Source: Eledone cirrhosa
Taxonomy: Eukaryota
DNA: 64,000 nt
Direction of reading: 5' to 3'
NCBI GenBank assembly: GCA_964016885.1
Contig: OZ024741.1
Coordinates: 320,044,001-320,108,000, forward strand
The translations under genes and the position numbers were made by a program. Position 1 is the first letter of the stretch; the number at the start of each line of letters is the position of its first letter. Under the pieces are notes generated by a model. The model made no database searches. It was not told where the DNA came from and saw nothing but the letters and a program-made list of their open reading frames with translations. Below are positions 51,591 to 64,000 of the stretch, one piece after another.

Positions 51591-51660
51591 TATAGGTATA
51601 TATACAGAGATACATATGCATACATATATATGTTTATATTTATATATGTATATATATATA
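51325..51660. repeat. Palindrome built from compound microsatellite, centre ~51492
   Basis: Unique interruptions (gtatctctg, cctatattc) are mirrored as cagagatac and gaatatagg. Confidence 0.85.
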
Positions 51661-51706
51661 TATGTATATATACATACATATATATGTATATACATATATA
51701 TATATA

Positions 51707-51753
<47 letters not shown>

Positions 51754-51841
51754 CTCTCTCTATATATATATATATACCTATATATATATATATATATATA
51801 TATAGAAAGATTTGAATGGATACAGTTTAGTTGAAAGGAAT

Positions 51842-51961
51842 TTATTGACACGTGTTTCTATAACAGTTACATAACCTAAAACAGCTGCTATCTACAAACT
51901 TTTAGTTATGCAGACATTCAATATTTCAATGTTATTATTTACTGTCATTTCATCAGAATAA
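51842..51961 (-). ncRNA. Hammerhead ribozyme with extended stem II (H5)
   Basis: Reverse complement of 55689-55808. Confidence 0.72.
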
Positions 51962-52517
51962 TATTACTGAGGACCTATTTAGTTTTTATAGAGAATATTA
52001 GGAGGGAGGGGTGAAGCTGTTAGAAGAATAGTTGAAGGAGTGGTTTTTCGATAGCAGTGAGAATTCTTGGTGGCAGTGAGTAATTAGATTCCCATCTGTT
52101 GTTTTGACATTTTTTATAGAATATATTATTGGTTATTTTTCTAAATCTATAGAAGCATTAGAGATAGTAAAGATATGCGTGGTTGGTTTTGTGTTTGCAC
52201 TTAATTAACATTCAGACTTAAATTTTTCTTTCAAGTGTACGTATCCTTTCACCCACGCATTCACAAACAAATATATTTGCACACCTCTACAAAATACATA
52301 TACTCACAATTCACATATTCATACTTACATATATATACACATGCATACACATATATATACACACATGTATTCATGTACATACATACGCGCTCATGTGTAT
52401 ACATTTTCATACTCAACTTATCTTTATATACACACGTATAGACACACACATATATACATACATACTCTAGTCCATGTGTACACACATACACATACATACA
52501 CATCCATATACACATAT

Positions 52518-52560
<43 letters not shown>

Positions 52561-53442
52561 CACTTTAATACATGAATACACTTACATCTAACTATACACA
52601 TCAAACATATATATATATATTTACTTATTTATATACATTTTCACATATATATACATACTTATGGACGTTTTTAGACACATTCATTATCGCATATTTGTAC
52701 CTATTCTCATCAGCATATCTTTCCATTATTAGTGTGGTAATTTAAGGTTATTATTATATGTTGAGAAGAGATTGTTTTTATATTTTTCTAACTAGATTAA
52801 GGTTTATATAGTTGGGGGATGTCCCTCTTTTATGTAATGTTCGGCTTGTAGTGGGAAAAAAGGGTTTTAGTTCTGTGACGGCAGAATAATGTTCGTTCAA
52901 TTCTGTTATTCAGCAGTTTCTTCTTGTGTGTGATTATGTAATAAATCTCAAGATTACACAATTTGCAGAAATTTTGGCTCCTGGAAAAGCTTTGGGTTTT
53001 AGCTAATTTTTCCCATTTTAGGGTAAACTTTTGATCGCTATCCCTGAGCGTCCAAGCTTTTTCTGCTAAAGTTGTTACATTTCTTTGGCTCTGGTGTTTT
53101 ATTGAGTAAGAATGCCTATACAATCGAGATTTAAACGATGTTGCCGTTGATCCCACGTAATACCACTCGTTGCCTCCGGATTTAATGGTACACTTATAAA
53201 TAATATTTTTTTCCAGGCAGTTATTGCCGAGGGGGCAGTTGTCAGGATAGGTGCAGTTACAGTTGTGTACGTTGGGTTTTCTCTGGAGTAGTATTGCGGA
53301 CGAACTTAGGTGTGGTTTATTTATGTTCTGTAGTGTATTGTTTACTGTTTTTTGTGTTCTTTGTACTTAAGTTCTCAGTGTTTTCGTTTAACCTTCTAGT
53401 ATTGATCTTTTTTATGTGTTGTTCAAGGTTTAACGCTGTAGA

Positions 53443-54118
53443 GTTTTTAGCTAGGAGGAGAACATCGTCGCGGTATATTCCGCCGTGGAGATTGCTGAAT
53501 TTTTCCTGGAGTCTAAAGGCGATAAATAACCCCACAATATCAGTTATTTCCGCCGAATCGTTAGAGCCCATTGTTATGTCAAAGTTAGAGGGTCTATCTT
53601 TACGTACCCAATAACTGTTCTCAAATTTGACTATAGTTTTCCTAGCTTCTAATATAATCTTAATTTCATCGTTTGTAAGGTCAGAGTTATCCTTAGCAAA
53701 CTTAATGGCTCTATTCAAAGTTTCAGGTGATATCGATGAGTAATATTCATCGATATCAAACTGGATAAACTTAGATTTATTCTTATTGCTAATGCTATTA
53801 AACCATCTTATTGCTTCTTGGGTCTTCCCCCAGAGTTTAATGTTAACCTTAGCCTTAATTTGGGGGATGATTCTATCTAAGATATATTTGCTTATTTTAC
53901 CTATATCTGATTTAGAGGGGCAGATTAATCTAATTTTAGGGTCATTATCAAAGTTTACCTTGTGGTCCTTAAGATTGAAGGTGGGTACCGCCGGTAAGAG
54001 TGGTCCTGTCCTATCTTCGATTCCGAGATTTTTCACTATTTCGCATGCCTCATCATTGATGTGCTTAAGGGTTACTTCACTCGTTTTTCTATATTTTTTA
54101 TGTAATTCTTTTTTTATG
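53443..54118 (-). pseudogene. PLE reverse transcriptase, N-terminal half
   Basis: LKDHK..F..PKIRLI.P.KS.IGKISK, QFDI, MGS, GGIYRDD. Confidence 0.88.
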
Positions 54119-54797
54119 ACATTTTCCCACATCACACAAATACCACAAAATCCTAAACCCTACCACTATAAGACTGTCATACTCTACAGCGTTAAACCTT
54201 GAACAACACATAAAAAAGATCAATACTAGAAGGTTAAACGAAAACACTGAGAACTTAAGTACAAAGAACACACAAAAAACAGTAAACAATACACTACAGA
54301 ACATAAATAAACCACACCTAAGTTCGTCCGCAATACTACTCCAGAGAAAACCCAACGTACACAACTGTAACTGCACCTATCCTGACAACTGCCCCCTCGG
54401 CAATAACTGCCTGGAAAAAAATATTATTTATAAGTGTACCATTAAATCCGGAGGCAACGAGTGGTATTACGTGGGATCAACGGCAACATCGTTTAAATCT
54501 CGATTGTATAGGCATTCTTACTCAATAAAACACCAGAGCCAAAGAAATGTAACAACTTTAGCAGAAAAAGCTTGGACGCTCAGGGATAGCGATCAAAAGT
54601 TTACCCTAAAATGGGAAAAATTAGCTAAAACCCAAAGCTTTTCCAGGAGCCAAAATTTCTGCAAATTGTGTAATCTTGAGATTTATTACATAATCACACA
54701 CAAGAAGAAACTGCTGAATAACAGAATTGAACGAACATTATTCTGCCGTCACAGAACTAAAACCCTTTTTTCCCACTACAAGCCGAACATTACATAA
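54119..54797 (+). pseudogene. PLE C-terminal GIY-YIG endonuclease fragment (inverted copy; also at 52830-53442 on minus)
   Basis: CNC..CPL..C, IIY...YVG, R..H, CKLC..E, LLN, CRH. Confidence 0.85.
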
Positions 54798-55063
54798 AAG
54801 AGGGACATCCCCCAACTATATAAACCTTAATCTAGTTAGAAAAATATAAAAACAATCTCTTCTCAACATATATTAATAACCTTAAATTACCACACTAATA
54901 ATGGAAAGATATGCTGATGAGAATAGGTACAAATATGCGATAATGAATGTGTCTAAAAACGTCCATAAGTATGTATATATATGTGAAAATGTATATAAAT
55001 AAGTAAATATATATATATGTTTGATGTGTATAGTTAGATGTAGTGTATTCATGTATTAAAGTG

Positions 55064-55132
<69 letters not shown>

Positions 55133-55688
55133 ATATGTGTATATGGATGTGTATGTATGTGTATGTGTGTACACATGGACTAGAGTATGTATGTATATAT
55201 GTGTGTGTCTATACGTGTGTATATAAAGATAAGTTGAGTATGAAAATGTATACGCATGCGCGCGTATGTATGTACATGAATACATATGTGTATATATATG
55301 TTTATGCATGTGTATATATATGTAAGTATGAATATGTGAATTGTGAGTATATGTATTTTGTAGAGGTGTGCAAATATATTTGTTTGTGAATGCGTGGGTG
55401 AAAGGATACGTACACTTGAAAGAAAAATTTAAGTCTGAATGTTAATTAAGTGCAAACACAAAACCAACCACGCATATCTTTACTATCTCTAATCCTTCTA
55501 TAGATTTAGAAAAATAACCAATAATATATTCTATAAAAAATGTCAAAACAACAGATGGGAATCTAATTACTCACTGCCACCAAGAATTCTCACTGCTATC
55601 GAAAAACCACTCCTTCAACTATTCTTCTAACAACTTCACCCCTCCCTCCTAATATTCTCTATAAAAACTAAATAGGTCCTCAGTAATA

Positions 55689-55808
55689 TTATTCTGATGA
55701 AATGACAGTAAATAATAACATTGAAATATTGAATGTCTGCATAACTAAAAGTTTGTAGATAGCAGCTGTTTTAGGTTATGTAACTGTTATAGAAACACGT
55801 GTCAATAA
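55689..55808 (+). ncRNA. Hammerhead ribozyme with extended stem II (H5)
   Basis: ttatt-CTGATGA-a-atgacagt...actgttat-a-GAAACACGTGTC-aataa. Confidence 0.75.
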
Positions 55809-55978
55809 ATTCCTTTCAACTAAACTGTATCCATTCAAATCTTTCTATTTTTCTCCGGATTACTTTTGGAACTACAACTGGAACCGTCGAGCAAACTCTA
55901 CGTGAGCTGATAATCTACTGTGTGTAATATTTATATTACAACACAACGGAAAATACTGTATATATATATATATATGTA

Positions 55979-56068
<90 letters not shown>

Positions 56069-56116
56069 CCTATATATATATATATATATATGTATATATA
56101 CCTATATATATATATA

Positions 56117-56151
<35 letters not shown>

Positions 56152-56164
56152 ATATATATATATA

Positions 56165-56205
<41 letters not shown>

Positions 56206-56316
56206 ATATATATATATATATATAGGTATGTACGTTATTCCGGGTTGAATCGGGGGTAACCACAGTAAGTAAGGTACTCAATACATAGCAGAGTATAAAA
56301 GTTTTAATATAGATGA

Positions 56317-56365
56317 GATTCTACAGGACTAGAACTGTTTCATTCATTAGAAATCATCAGGAATC
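56317..56365 (-). ncRNA. Type-I hammerhead ribozyme (H6)
   Basis: Reverse strand reads gattc-CTGATGA-tttctaatgaat-GAA-ACAG ttctagtc CTGT-A-gaatc; stem II is weak. Confidence 0.65.
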
Positions 56366-56416
56366 AGAGATTATATATATATATACCTATATATCAGAGA
56401 TATATATATATATATA

Positions 56417-56451
<35 letters not shown>

Positions 56452-56474
56452 ATATATATATATATATATATATA

Positions 56475-56550
<76 letters not shown>

Positions 56551-56554
<4 letters not shown>

Positions 56555-56860
56555 TATACACTGAGGATGAAAAACTCAGAGCTGTATGGGAGCATCCCAA
56601 AAGTCAGCTCAAAAGTGACACAGAGGAGACTGAGGTTAGCTGGACATGCTCACCGACTTCCAGAGTTGACATTGCACTCAGTACTCCTTAGGGAGCCCCT
56701 ACATGGACACACTAGAAGAGGAAGACCAAGGTTAACGTATGTTGATGCCCTAATGACAGACACTGGTTTGTTGGAGATGCAGGACATGGCAGCGATAATG
56801 AGGGACAGAGACCGCTGGAGAGAACTCGTCCATGGATCTCGGGAATTTTACCTGCCTTAG
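56551..56860 (+). mobile_element. RTE-clade LINE 3' fragment
   Basis: [11 protein letters not shown]...RGRPRLTY..; closely similar to 59506-59815. Confidence 0.85.
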
Positions 56861-56869
56861 ATAGATATA

Positions 56870-56915
56870 TCTATATATATATATATATATATATACCTAT
56901 ATATATATATATACC

Positions 56916-56947
<32 letters not shown>

Positions 56948-56949
56948 CC

Positions 56950-57023
<74 letters not shown>

Positions 57024-57037
57024 TATATATATATACC

Positions 57038-57102
<65 letters not shown>

Positions 57103-57229
57103 ATATATATATATATATATACCTATATATATATATATATACCTATATATATATATATATACCTATATATATATACCTATATATATATATATATACCTAT
57201 ATATATATATATATATACCTATATATATA

Positions 57230-57298
<69 letters not shown>

Positions 57299-57365
57299 AT
57301 ATATATATATATATATATATATACCTATATATATATATATATACCTATATATATATATATATATA

Positions 57366-57419
<54 letters not shown>

Positions 57420-57591
57420 CCTATATATATGTATATATATATATACCTATATATATGTATATATATATATACCTATATATATACATATATATACCTATAT
57501 ATATATATATATATATATATACCTATATATATATATATATATATATACCTATATATATATATATATACCTATATATATATATATATATACC

Positions 57592-57622
<31 letters not shown>

Positions 57623-57737
57623 ATATATATATATATATATATATACCTATATATATATATAAATATATATACCTATATACATATATATATATACCTATAT
57701 ATATATATATATACCTATATATATATATATATATACC

Positions 57738-57787
<50 letters not shown>

Positions 57788-57795
57788 CCTATACC

Positions 57796-57847
<52 letters not shown>

Positions 57848-57871
57848 CCTATATATATATATATATATACC

Positions 57872-57938
<67 letters not shown>
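56870..57938. repeat. ~1.07-kb (TA)n array punctuated by CC (TATACC units)
   Basis: Read directly; the same pattern occurs at 51700-51802, 55990-56225 and 56375-56550. Confidence 0.93.
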
Positions 57939-57941
<3 letters not shown>

Positions 57942-58292
57942 GTGTGTGTGTGTGTGTGCATGCATGTGTGTGTATATGAATATGTGTCTATCGATACATG
58001 ATGCATTCATGTGCGTGCGTTTGAATTTATTGATGTTCCAATATTCATAATAATTAGAAACAGCCGTGTTCAAAGAATTAAAAATACATGCATACATATA
58101 AATCTATAAAGATATATACATACGTGTTTGCATATGTGTATGGCTAGGAATGAAATATTCATATGCAGACGTCTGTACATAAGCACTACGGCGTGTGATT
58201 AGCAATTTTTGGACAACATAATCAATGAAACAATTGTTAATACTGTAAATAAAACCCTTTTTGTAATGTTGACCATGTTATTCTACACTCTT

Positions 58293-58339
<47 letters not shown>

Positions 58340-58354
58340 TTAATAATCTCAGGG

Positions 58355-58402
58355 GATTCCTGATGATTTCTAAAGAATGAAACAGTTCTAGTCCTGTAGA
58401 AT
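58355..58402 (+). ncRNA. Type-I hammerhead ribozyme (H6)
   Basis: attc-CTGATGA-tttctaaagaat-GAA-ACAG ttctagtc CTGT-A-gaat; lies in a ~135-bp inverted copy of 56233-56365. Confidence 0.65.
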
Positions 58403-58657
58403 ATCATCTATATTAAAACTTTACTCTGCTATGTATTGAGTACCTTACTTACTGTGGTTATCTCCGATTCAACCCGGAATAACTTACCTATTTTTTTATT
58501 TTTTATTTTTTAATATATGTTGGTTGTTTTCCAACACCTCAGTATGCAGATTGGATCACTCGACGAAGTACGCAGGTTGGTTTGTGTACTCCGGAGTAAT
58601 ATAAAATAAAGTAATTAAGTCAAATATTTAAGATTTGGCTTCGTTTATTAAAGATAT

Positions 58658-58712
58658 ACTGCTATATATATTTCGGTGACAGCCATCATTGGCTGTGACC
58701 TCTTCAGGCAGT
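58658..58712 (-). ncRNA. Type-I hammerhead ribozyme (H4)
   Basis: Reverse strand reads actgc-CTGAAGA-ggt c acagcca atga tggctgt c acc-GAAATATATATA-gcagt. Confidence 0.85.
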
Positions 58713-58764
58713 TCGAATTGGTGTGGTAGAGTTCCTCAGAGAAATAACAACCCAACCAGGAGCT

Positions 58765-59820
58765 GGACATGTAAGATCTTCATCAGGCAGTGACGGCCCA
58801 CAGAATCAAAGGCCTTCCTAAAGTCAATGAAAACTATGACCGCAGGAAGGCACTTTGCTCTAGCTCCCTCTAATATCCTCCCTAGCACCAGGATGTGACT
58901 GGTTGTTGATCTTCCTTCTCTGAAGCCGTTCTGGTTGTCCCTGAGCTTCTTCTCCATCTCAGGCTGGATCCTGTTAAGGATAATCCTGTTGACGGTCTTT
59001 ACCACGTGACGGCTCAGAGCAGGAGAGTTAAGGCGAAACAGATATCGGATGCTGAATTTGCCGACGACATAATTTTGGTGACAAATACAGTGAAGGAGGC
59101 AAAGGATTTGATGCAGGAGGTTGAGACTGTGTCGATGAGTGTGGGGCTGAGAATGAATGAGACTGAAACAAAATATCTTGTAGAGAATGTTGAGAAGCCA
59201 GAGGGGATCACTAATGTAGGCGGGAAGCCACTAGAATTGGTTGAGGGCTTCCTGTATTTGGGAGCAAAGATTGGGAATGCGGAAGATGATGTGGTTGAAA
59301 GGAAGAGCAAGGTCTGGGCGGCGTGCCACAGCTTGAGATCGGTGTGGAAATCGGACCTTCGTAAAGACCTGAAAATCCGCCTCTTCATTGCTGTAGTGGA
59401 GTCTGTGCTGCTGTACGGGTCTGAGACTTGGACACTGACCAAGAAACTCACTCAGATGGTGGATTGGTGCTACGCGAGAATACTGAGGATGGCTCTGAAC
59501 ATTAATCAGTATACACTGAGGATGAAAAACTCAGAGCTGTACGAGAGCCTACCAAAAGTCAGCTCAAAAGTGACACAGAGGAGACTGAGGTTAGCTGGAT
59601 ATGCTCACCAACATCCAGAGTTGACACTGCACTCAGTGCTCCTGTGGGAGCCCCTACATGGACACACTGGAAGAGGAAGACCAAGGTTAACATATGTTGA
59701 TACCCTAAGGACAGACACTGGTCTGTTGGAGATGCAGGACATGGCAGCGATAATGAAGGATAGAGACCGCTGGAGAGAACTCGTCGATGGATCTCGGGAA
59801 TTTTACCCGCCCTAAAAAAA
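58765..59820 (+). mobile_element. RTE-clade LINE with 5' inversion
   Basis: 58765-59005 encodes QNGFR..RST..FIDFRKAFDSV on minus; 59006-59815 encodes FADDI, FLYLG, LLYGSETW, RGRP on plus. Confidence 0.88.
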
Positions 59821-59991
59821 ATACATATATATATATATATACAGTTTTTTCCGTTGTGTTGTAATATAAATATTACACACAGTAGATTATCAGCTCACGT
59901 AGAGTTTGCTCGACGGTTCCAGTTGTAGTTCCAAAAGTAATCCGGAGAAAAATAGAAAGATTTGAATGGATACAGTTTAGTTGAAAGGAAT

Positions 59992-60108
59992 TTATTGACA
60001 CGTGTTTCTATAACAGTTACATAACCTAAAACAGCTATCTACAAACTTTTAGTTATGCAGACATTCAATATTTCAATGTTATTGTTTACTGTCATTTCAT
60101 CAGAATAA
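59992..60108 (-). ncRNA. Hammerhead ribozyme with extended stem II (H5)
   Basis: Copy in the inverted arm of element B. Confidence 0.72.
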
Positions 60109-60692
60109 TATTACTGAGGACCTATTTAGTTTTTATAGAGAATATTAGGAGGAAGGGGTGAAGTTGTTAGAAGAATAGTTGAAGGAGTGGTTTTTCGATA
60201 GCAGTGAGAATTCTTGGTGGCAGTGATTAATTAGATTCCCATCTGTTGTTTTGACATTTTTTATAGAATATATTATTGGTTATTTTTCTAAATCTATAGA
60301 AGGATTAGAGATAGTAAAGATATGCGTGGTTGGTTTTGTGTTTGCACTTAACATTCAGACTTAAATTTTTCTTTCAAGTGTACGTATTCTTTCACCCACG
60401 CATTCACACACAAATATATTTGCACACCTCTACAAAATACATATACTCACAATTCACATATTCATACTTACATATATATACACATGCATACACATATATA
60501 TACACACTTGTATTCATGTACATACATACGCGCTCATGTGTATACATTTTCATACTCAACTTATCTTTATATATACACACGTATAGACACACACATATAT
60601 ACATACATACTCTAGTCCATGTGTACACACATACATACACATCCATATACACATACATACATACACATATATATATACATATATACATATAC

Positions 60693-60723
<31 letters not shown>

Positions 60724-60746
60724 CACATACATATATACACACATAT

Positions 60747-60777
<31 letters not shown>

Positions 60778-61360
60778 AGCACTTTAATACATGAATACAC
60801 TTACATCTAACTATACACATCAAACATATATATATATTTACTTATTTATATACATTTTCACATATATATACATACTTATGGACGTTTTTAGACACATTCA
60901 TTATCGCATATTTGTACCTATTCTCATCAGCATATCTTTTTATTATTAGTATGGTAATTTAAGGTTATTAATATATGTTGAAAAGAGATTGTTTTTATAT
61001 TTTTCTAACTAGATTAAGGTTTATATAGTTGGGGGATGTCCCTCTTTTATGTAATATTCGGCTTGTAGTGGGAAAAAAGGGTTTTAGTTCTGTGACGGCA
61101 GAATAATGTTCGTTCAATTCTGTTATTCAGCAGTTTCTTCTTGTGTGTGATTATGTAATAAATCTCAAGATTACACAATTTGCAGAAATTTTGGCTCCTG
61201 GAAAAGCTTTGGGTTTTAGCTAATTTTTCCCATTTTAGGGTAAACTTTTGATTGCTATCCCTGAGCGTCCAAGCTTTCTCTGCTAAAGTTGTTACATTTC
61301 TTTGGCTCTGGTGTTTTATTGAGTAAGAATGCCTATACAATCGAGATTTAAACGATGTTG

Positions 61361-62783
61361 CAAATTTGAGAACAGTTATTGGGTACGTAAAGATAGACCC
61401 TCTAACTTTGACATAACAATGGGCTCTAACGATTCGGCGGAAATAACTGATATTGTGGGGTTATTTATCGCCTTTAGACTCCAGGAAAAATTCAGCAATC
61501 TCCACGGCGGAATATACCGCGACGATGTTCTCCTCCTAGCTAAAAACCTTAATAACCAAAAACTAGAAAAACTACGCAAAGATATAAGAAAACTACTACT
61601 CGAAATAGGACTAACTATAACATATGAATACAACCTTAAAGTAGTTAACTTCCTGGATGTCACACTCAATTTAAACTCTGGTTTGATTAAACCGTTTCAT
61701 AAATTGAATGAAAATCTCAAATACGTAAATGTTGGGTCTAACCACCCCATCTCTATAATTAAATCTATCCCTAAAAATATTTCCCTTAGAATCTCGGGTC
61801 TATCTTCTAACATACAAGTATTTAAGGAACACGCCGAGTACTACGATAACGCCCTTAGTAAAGCAGGCTACCTCAACAAAATAGAGTACATAGATGGGAA
61901 CAATCAAAACACCCAAAATAAATCCCACATAGGTAGATATAATAACACAACACCAAACCACACTTACTACCATAGTATGCACACCAGTAAACCAACAAAC
62001 AAAACTAATAGAAAGCGATGCAAAGAGTACTTATGGTATAACCCCGAATACAATAGCTCCATTAGTACAAATTTACCAGTACTCTTCTTTAAAATAATTA
62101 AAAGACATTTTCCCACATCACACAAATACCACAAAATCCTAAACCCTACCACTATAAGACTGTCATACTCTACAGCGTTAAACCTTGAACAACACATAAA
62201 AAAGATCAATACTAGAAGGTTAAACGAAAACACTAAGAACTTAAGTACAAAGAACCCCAAAAAAACAGTAGACAATACACTACAGAACATAAATAAACCA
62301 CACCTAAGTTCGTCCGCAATACTACTCCAGAGAAAACCCAACGTACACAACTGTAACTGCACCTATCCTGACAACTGCCCCCTCGGCAATAACTGCCTGG
62401 AAAAAAATATTATTTATAAGTGTACCATTAAATCCGGAGGCAACGAGTGGTATTACGTGGGATCAACGGCAACATCGTTTAAATCTCGATTGTATAGGCA
62501 TTCTTACTCAATAAAACACCAGAGCCAAAGAAATGTAACAACTTTAGCAGAGAAAGCTTGGACGCTCAGGGATAGCAATCAAAAGTTTACCCTAAAATGG
62601 GAAAAATTAGCTAAAACCCAAAGCTTTTCCAGGAGCCAAAATTTCTGCAAATTGTGTAATCTTGAGATTTATTACATAATCACACACAAGAAGAAACTGC
62701 TGAATAACAGAATTGAACGAACATTATTCTGCCGTCACAGAACTAAAACCCTTTTTTCCCACTACAAGCCGAATATTACATAA
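61361..62783 (+). CDS. PLE RT C-terminal half + Cys-rich linker + GIY-YIG endonuclease (open frame, 5'-truncated)
   Basis: MGS, YRDD, FLDV, SNHP, WYNP.Y, CNC..CPL..C, IIY..YVG, CKLC, CRH; no internal stops. Confidence 0.9.
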
Positions 62784-63052
62784 AAGAGGGACATCCCCCA
62801 ACTATATAAACCTTAATCTAGTTAGAAAAATATAAAAACAATCTCTTTTCAACATATATTAATAACCTTAAATTACCATACTAATAATGAAAAGATATGC
62901 TGATGAGAATAGGTACAAATATGCGATAATGAATGTGTCTAAAAACGTCCATAAGTATGTATATATATGTGAAAATGTATATAAATAAGTAAATATATAT
63001 ATATGTTTGATGTGTATAGTTAGATGTAAGTGTATTCATGTATTAAAGTGCT

Positions 63053-63085
<33 letters not shown>

Positions 63086-63102
63086 ATATGTGTGTATATA
63101 TG

Positions 63103-63135
<33 letters not shown>

Positions 63136-63729
63136 ATGTATATGTATATATGTATATATATATGTGTATGTATGTATGTGTATATGGATGTGTATGTATG
63201 TGTATGTGTGTACACATGGACTAGAGTATGTATGTATATATGTGTGTGTCTATACGTGTGTATATATAAAGATAAGTTGAGTATGAAAATGTATACACAT
63301 GAGCGCGTATGTATGTACATGAATACAAGTGTGTATATATATGTGTATGCATGTGTGTATATATATGTAAGTATGAATATGTGAATTGTGAGTATATGTA
63401 TTTTGTAGAGGTGTGCAAATATATTTGTGTGTGAATGCGTGGGTGAAAGAATACGTACACTTGAAAGAAAAATTTAAGTCTGAATGTTAAGTGCAAACAC
63501 AAAACCAACCACGCATATCTTTACTATCTCTAATCCTTCTATAGATTTAGAAAAATAACCAATAATATATTCTATAAAAAATGTCAAAACAACAGATGGG
63601 AATCTAATTAATCACTGCCACCAAGAATTCTCACTGCTATCGAAAAACCACTCCTTCAACTATTCTTCTAACAACTTCACCCCTTCCTCCTAATATTCTC
63701 TATAAAAACTAAATAGGTCCTCAGTAATA

Positions 63730-63846
63730 TTATTCTGATGAAATGACAGTAAACAATAACATTGAAATATTGAATGTCTGCATAACTAAAAGTTTGTAGA
63801 TAGCTGTTTTAGGTTATGTAACTGTTATAGAAACACGTGTCAATAA
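63730..63846 (+). ncRNA. Hammerhead ribozyme with extended stem II (H5)
   Basis: Same as 55689-55808, with a 3-nt deletion in a stem II loop. Confidence 0.75.
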
Positions 63847-63880
63847 ATTCCTTTCAACTAAACTGTATCCATTCAAATCT

Positions 63881-63939
<59 letters not shown>

Positions 63940-64000
63940 CATATATACATACATATATATATATATATATATATTAGGGTTAACATTGATGCAATTCAAT

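Larger units (their letters stand above)
51803..55967 (-). mobile_element. Penelope-like element A (RT + GIY-YIG), internally deleted, with an inverted 5' copy
   Basis: Minus arm 51803-53442 is the reverse complement of plus arm 54182-55847. RT fragment 53443-54118 (FIQFDIDEYYSSI, DITMGS, YRDD). Confidence 0.93.
59826..63885 (+). mobile_element. Penelope-like element B, 5'-truncated, with an inverted 5' copy
   Basis: Minus arm 59953-61360 is the reverse complement of 62468-63885; open RT-GIY-YIG frame; (TA)n on both flanks. Confidence 0.94.

Noticed and set aside
55694-55740. Compact HHR using the first GAAA (CTGATGA-aatg..catt-GAAA)
   Set aside because: No valid NUH site plus stem I pairing; the distal GAAACACGTGTC satisfies all three stems.
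56929-58050. 373-aa and many other YI/CV/HT-repeat ORFs
   Set aside because: Translations of (TA)n and (CA)n microsatellites with no coding signal.
61361-62783. Possible selenocysteine recoding, as reported for some PLE clades
   Set aside because: No in-frame TGA in the visible ORF; the Cys positions use ordinary codons.

Overview
This is AT-rich animal DNA made almost entirely of transposable elements and microsatellites. I found no host protein-coding gene, rRNA or tRNA. The repeat mix (very long (TA)n tracts, tRNA-derived SINEs, R4/Dong and Tx1 LINEs, Penelope-like elements) is what I would expect from a cephalopod such as Octopus; that is an inference. Contents: about 8 Tx1/L1-clade non-LTR retrotransposons or fragments, which sit in (ATT)n or (TCTA)n microsatellites; 4 R4/Dong-type (RT + restriction-like endonuclease) elements, which use the opposite (AAT)n strand; a complete DD34D mariner with ~100-bp TIRs; a young Ty3/Gypsy LTR element with a GATTC target-site duplication (TSD); RTE fragments; several SINEs; and two young Penelope-like (RT + GIY-YIG) insertions with kilobase-scale inverted arms. 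The most striking non-coding signal is at least 15 type-I hammerhead ribozyme (HHR) motifs, folded by eye. They fall into several families and mostly lie in short non-coding inverted or tandem repeats. One family has a ~90-nt branched stem II, one has a conserved C·C mismatch with an (AU)n stem III, and three unrelated families have an ATGCAAAT octamer upstream. All coordinates were read manually and may be off by a few bases.
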